DNA from: Patescibacteria group bacterium
Lineage (GTDB): Bacteria; Patescibacteriota; Minisyncoccia; Phycocordibacterales; UBA2100
Direction of reading: 5' to 3'
Length of the DNA: 34,117 nt
Assembly: GCA_015489565.1 (NCBI GenBank)
Contig: WFZM01000004.1
Coordinates: 1 to 34,117, forward strand
The first letter of the stretch is position 1. Each line of letters starts with the position of its first letter. The notes beneath the pieces are model-generated. The model had not been told where the DNA came from and searched no databases. It saw only the letters and a program-made list of their open reading frames with translations. Shown here in pieces: positions 31,854 to 34,117 of this stretch. Position numbers and translations under genes: made by a program.

Positions 31854-31877
31854 CCTGATGCCTATTTAAAAACAGCA

Positions 31878-31886
31878 TGTTATAAT
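31878..31886 (+). promoter_or_regulatory. extended -10 promoter (TGtTATAAT), 6 nt before ATG 31893
   Basis: TG at 31878-31879 and TATAAT at 31881-31886. Confidence 0.55.
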
Positions 31887-31892
31887 TAAAGA

Positions 31893-33893
31893 ATGTCAAA
31901 GAAAAGAAGAAAGAGATTTAGACGCAAAAGAAGAGCTTTTAAAGATAAAAATCAAATCAAGAAGAATAAATACACAAACGAAAATACAGAATCGCATATT
32001 GGTATTTTTTACCCTATACGCTCAAAAGATGCTTTTGTAGTTATGCCGGATGGCTCCGAGTTCTTTGTGCCATCTTTTTGTACAAATACCGCTATTTATG
32101 AAGACGAGGTGGAACTTGAAATCCTAAAGAATGCTCCGGGTAGAGGCAGGCTTCCGGAAGCTTGCATAGTACGCATAGTCAGGCGCAAACACAAAAACTT
32201 TGTTGGAAAAATAGCCAAGGATTTAAATGGCCTGTATTTTGTACCCGACAGAAAAAAACTTCCTGAGAAAATGCTTATCTCGGAAGAAAGCGAGTTACAG
32301 TACAATGAACATGACAAGGTTTACGTGAGCTTGCTCTCTTGGGAGAAGCCGACAGACTATCCGAAAGTTAAAATAATAGAGAACTTGGGCAAAGCAGGAG
32401 AACACGAGGTAGAAACTAGGGCCATACTTTTAGAGCACCACTTCAAAAGCAGCTTTCCACCGGAAGTCGAGAGCTACGCAGAAAAAATTCGCGCCATAGC
32501 TGAGACAGAAAAGCTAGATTTCCTAGACAGGGAGGACTTTAGAAATAAAATAACTTTTACCATAGACCCTGAAAACGCAAAGGACTTTGATGATGCGCTT
32601 TCAGTTCACAAAAGCCAAGAAGGTTATGAGATTGGCGTGCATATAGCTGATGTGAGTCACTTTGTCAAATACCAAGACCCAGTAGACAAAGAAGCGCAAA
32701 AGCGCGGCACCAGCGTCTATTTGGTAGACAGGACTATCCCTATGCTTCCCGAGGCTTTGTCCAACGACCTTTGCAGCTTAAACCCGGAAGAGGACAAGCG
32801 AGCTTTTTCTGTAATATTTAATTTTAATGAAAATCTTGAATTTTTAAATTATAGATTTGCCAAAACAGTAATCCGTTCAAACAGGCGTTTTACATATCAA
32901 GAAGCGCAAAATATACTGGACCTTAAAAGCGGAGAGTTCTATGAGGAATTGAAAATATTAAAAAAGCTGGCAGATAAGTTGCGCAAAGAGCGCTTAGAAA
33001 AAGGCGCACTGGATTTTGATAGTCAAGAGATAGCCTTTGAGCTTGATGAAAACGGTAGACCTATAAAAGCATACATAAAAGAACGCTTGGAGACAATGAA
33101 AATGATAGAAGACCTTATGCTTTTGGCCAACAAAAGCGTTGCCGAGTTTATGCAAAAGAAACTTAAAAAGGACAAGGGCTCTTCTTTTATTTTCAGAATA
33201 CATGATAAACCGGACCCGGAAAAAATAGAGGAGCTGGCAGTCTTTTTAGACGCGTTGGGGCTAGAGCTTAAACACAAAGCAGGGGAGCTTGATTTGCTCA
33301 GTTTATCCAAACTGCTAAAGAGTCTTGAAAATCACACACTAAAAGCAAGCATAGAACAAAGCACCCTGCGCGCTATGGCAAAAGCTGTCTATAGCCATAA
33401 AAATATAGGGCACTTTTCTTTAGGCTTTCAAGATTATACGCATTTTACTTCTCCCATAAGACGCTATCCTGATATTATGGTTCATAGAATTTTATGGGCA
33501 ACTCTGCAAAACGAGCCACTAAGCAAAAAAGAGCTTGACCACTACAAAGTCTTGGCAGTGGAGTCTTCAAGAAGAGAAATAGAAGCAAGCCAGGCAGAGA
33601 GGGAATCCATCAAATATAAGCAGGTAGAATATATGCAAAGTTTTGTAGGAAAAGACTTTAATTGCACTGTAACCGGCATTACCAAAAACGGCCTTTTCCT
33701 TGCTGAGGAGCAGACACTTGCCGAAGGTTTTGCAGCGTTTTCCAGCGCCAGCAAAGTTATATACTACGACGAGGAACAACGACTAGCCAAAAGTACAGAT
33801 GGTCTGGAAATACGGATTGGAGACAAGCTAAAAGCCAGACTTGTAAAAGCCGATTTGGAAACTAAGCAGATAGATTGGGGGTTGCTGCTTTAA
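31893..33893 (+). CDS. rnr: ribonuclease R (RNB family 3'-5' exoribonuclease)
   Basis: Basic N-terminus, cold-shock-like region, RNB catalytic core (TIDPENAKDFDDALS, HIADVSHFV, GTSVYLVDRTIPMLP, HFSLGFQDYTHFTSPIRRYPDIMVHR), C-terminal S1 domain. Confidence 0.88.
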   Translation: MSKKRRKRFRRKRRAFKDKNQIKKNKYTNENTESHIGIFYPIRSKDAFVVMPDGSEFFVPSFCTNTAIYEDEVELEILKNAPGRGRLPEACIVRIVRRKHKNFVGKIAKDLNGLYFVPDRKKLPEKMLISEESELQYNEHDKVYVSLLSWEKPTDYPKVKIIENLGKAGEHEVETRAILLEHHFKSSFPPEVESYAEKIRAIAETEKLDFLDREDFRNKITFTIDPENAKDFDDALSVHKSQEGYEIGVHIADVSHFVKYQDPVDKEAQKRGTSVYLVDRTIPMLPEALSNDLCSLNPEEDKRAFSVIFNFNENLEFLNYRFAKTVIRSNRRFTYQEAQNILDLKSGEFYEELKILKKLADKLRKERLEKGALDFDSQEIAFELDENGRPIKAYIKERLETMKMIEDLMLLANKSVAEFMQKKLKKDKGSSFIFRIHDKPDPEKIEELAVFLDALGLELKHKAGELDLLSLSKLLKSLENHTLKASIEQSTLRAMAKAVYSHKNIGHFSLGFQDYTHFTSPIRRYPDIMVHRILWATLQNEPLSKKELDHYKVLAVESSRREIEASQAERESIKYKQVEYMQSFVGKDFNCTVTGITKNGLFLAEEQTLAEGFAAFSSASKVIYYDEEQRLAKSTDGLEIRIGDKLKARLVKADLETKQIDWGLLL

Positions 33894-33928
33894 TTTTAAA
33901 GCTACTTCACGATACAGCTAACAGTGTA

Positions 33929-34041
33929 ATCAAACTTTTAGGGTTATTTAAACACAAAAAGCCAAGAAGTAAATAACGTTATAATGTCGATCAAACTTTT
34001 AATGTTATTTTGCTTTGCTGGGTGTATTTTGCTGGGTGTAT
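33929..34041. repeat. two sets of direct repeats in a noncoding region
   Basis: ATCAAACTTTTA(GG/AT)GTTATTT at 33929-33949 and 33990-34010 (19 of 21 identical). TTGCTGGGTGTAT at 34015-34027 and 34029-34041 (13 of 13), just upstream of a TATAAT box at 34047-34052. Confidence 0.8.
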
Positions 34042-34067
34042 ATGGTTATAATTTTAGAGATTTTTTT

Positions 34068-34102
34068 AAGCGTGCGTTTTGGCGAAGCCAAAACGCACGC
34101 TT
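34068..34102. repeat. GC-clamped hairpin (GCGTGC family)
   Basis: AAGCGTGCGTTTTGGC-GAA-GCCAAAACGCACGCTT, a perfect 16-bp stem. Preceded by T7 and followed by ATAACAT. Confidence 0.75.
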
Positions 34103-34117
34103 ATAACATATTAGCTC

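Noticed and set aside
34015-34041. Possible CRISPR-like or tandem array (TTGCTGGGTGTAT x2)
   Set aside because: There are only two 13-nt copies separated by 1 nt, with no spacers and no cas genes. It is better explained as a duplicated binding site near a promoter.
1-34117. UGA recoding (alternative genetic code as in some candidate phyla)
   Set aside because: All conserved genes are intact under the standard code. TGA sits where conserved proteins are expected to end (TrmB-family gene at 22326-22328; dnaJ at 31751-31753, followed by TAA).

Overview
AT-rich bacterial chromosomal window using the standard genetic code (TGA is a stop at 22326 and 31751). About two thirds is housekeeping: prfA, rpsB-tsf, mnmA, alaS, the infA-rpmJ-rpsM-rpsK-rpsD-rpoA-rplQ-rplM-rpsI block, grpE, dnaK, thrS, tyrS, dnaJ and rnr. 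Several proteins are domain-reduced: AlaRS lacks C-Ala, ThrRS lacks TGS, and EF-Ts and L13 are short. Almost no gene has a Shine-Dalgarno sequence. Instead, TGnTAnAAT-type -10 boxes sit 6-10 nt before many ATGs, implying leaderless mRNAs. By inference this fits a reduced-genome lineage such as CPR/Patescibacteria. The main accessory region is 9.5-16.6 kb. There, two divergently oriented secreted paralogs share a 189-bp, ~98% identical inverted repeat that starts at the predicted mature N-terminus. The repeats bracket 2.9 kb holding both promoters, a FecR-domain gene and small ORFs, so this is a candidate invertible or gene-conversion surface-protein cassette. I saw no recombinase or reverse transcriptase in the window. 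Other notable items: a well-supported T-box antiterminator/terminator upstream of thrS with an atypical short Stem I; an ATP-cone/PD-(D/E)XK nuclease fusion; a Cys4 Cas4-like nuclease overlapping an MgtC-family gene; and a protein with two tandem DnaA domain-IV-like HTH modules but no ATPase. There are also two families of GC-rich perfect hairpins, a 158-bp element with 18-bp terminal inverted repeats, and two long repeat-bearing noncoding regions that share a 19-mer. I recognised no tRNA, rRNA, CRISPR array or transposase.
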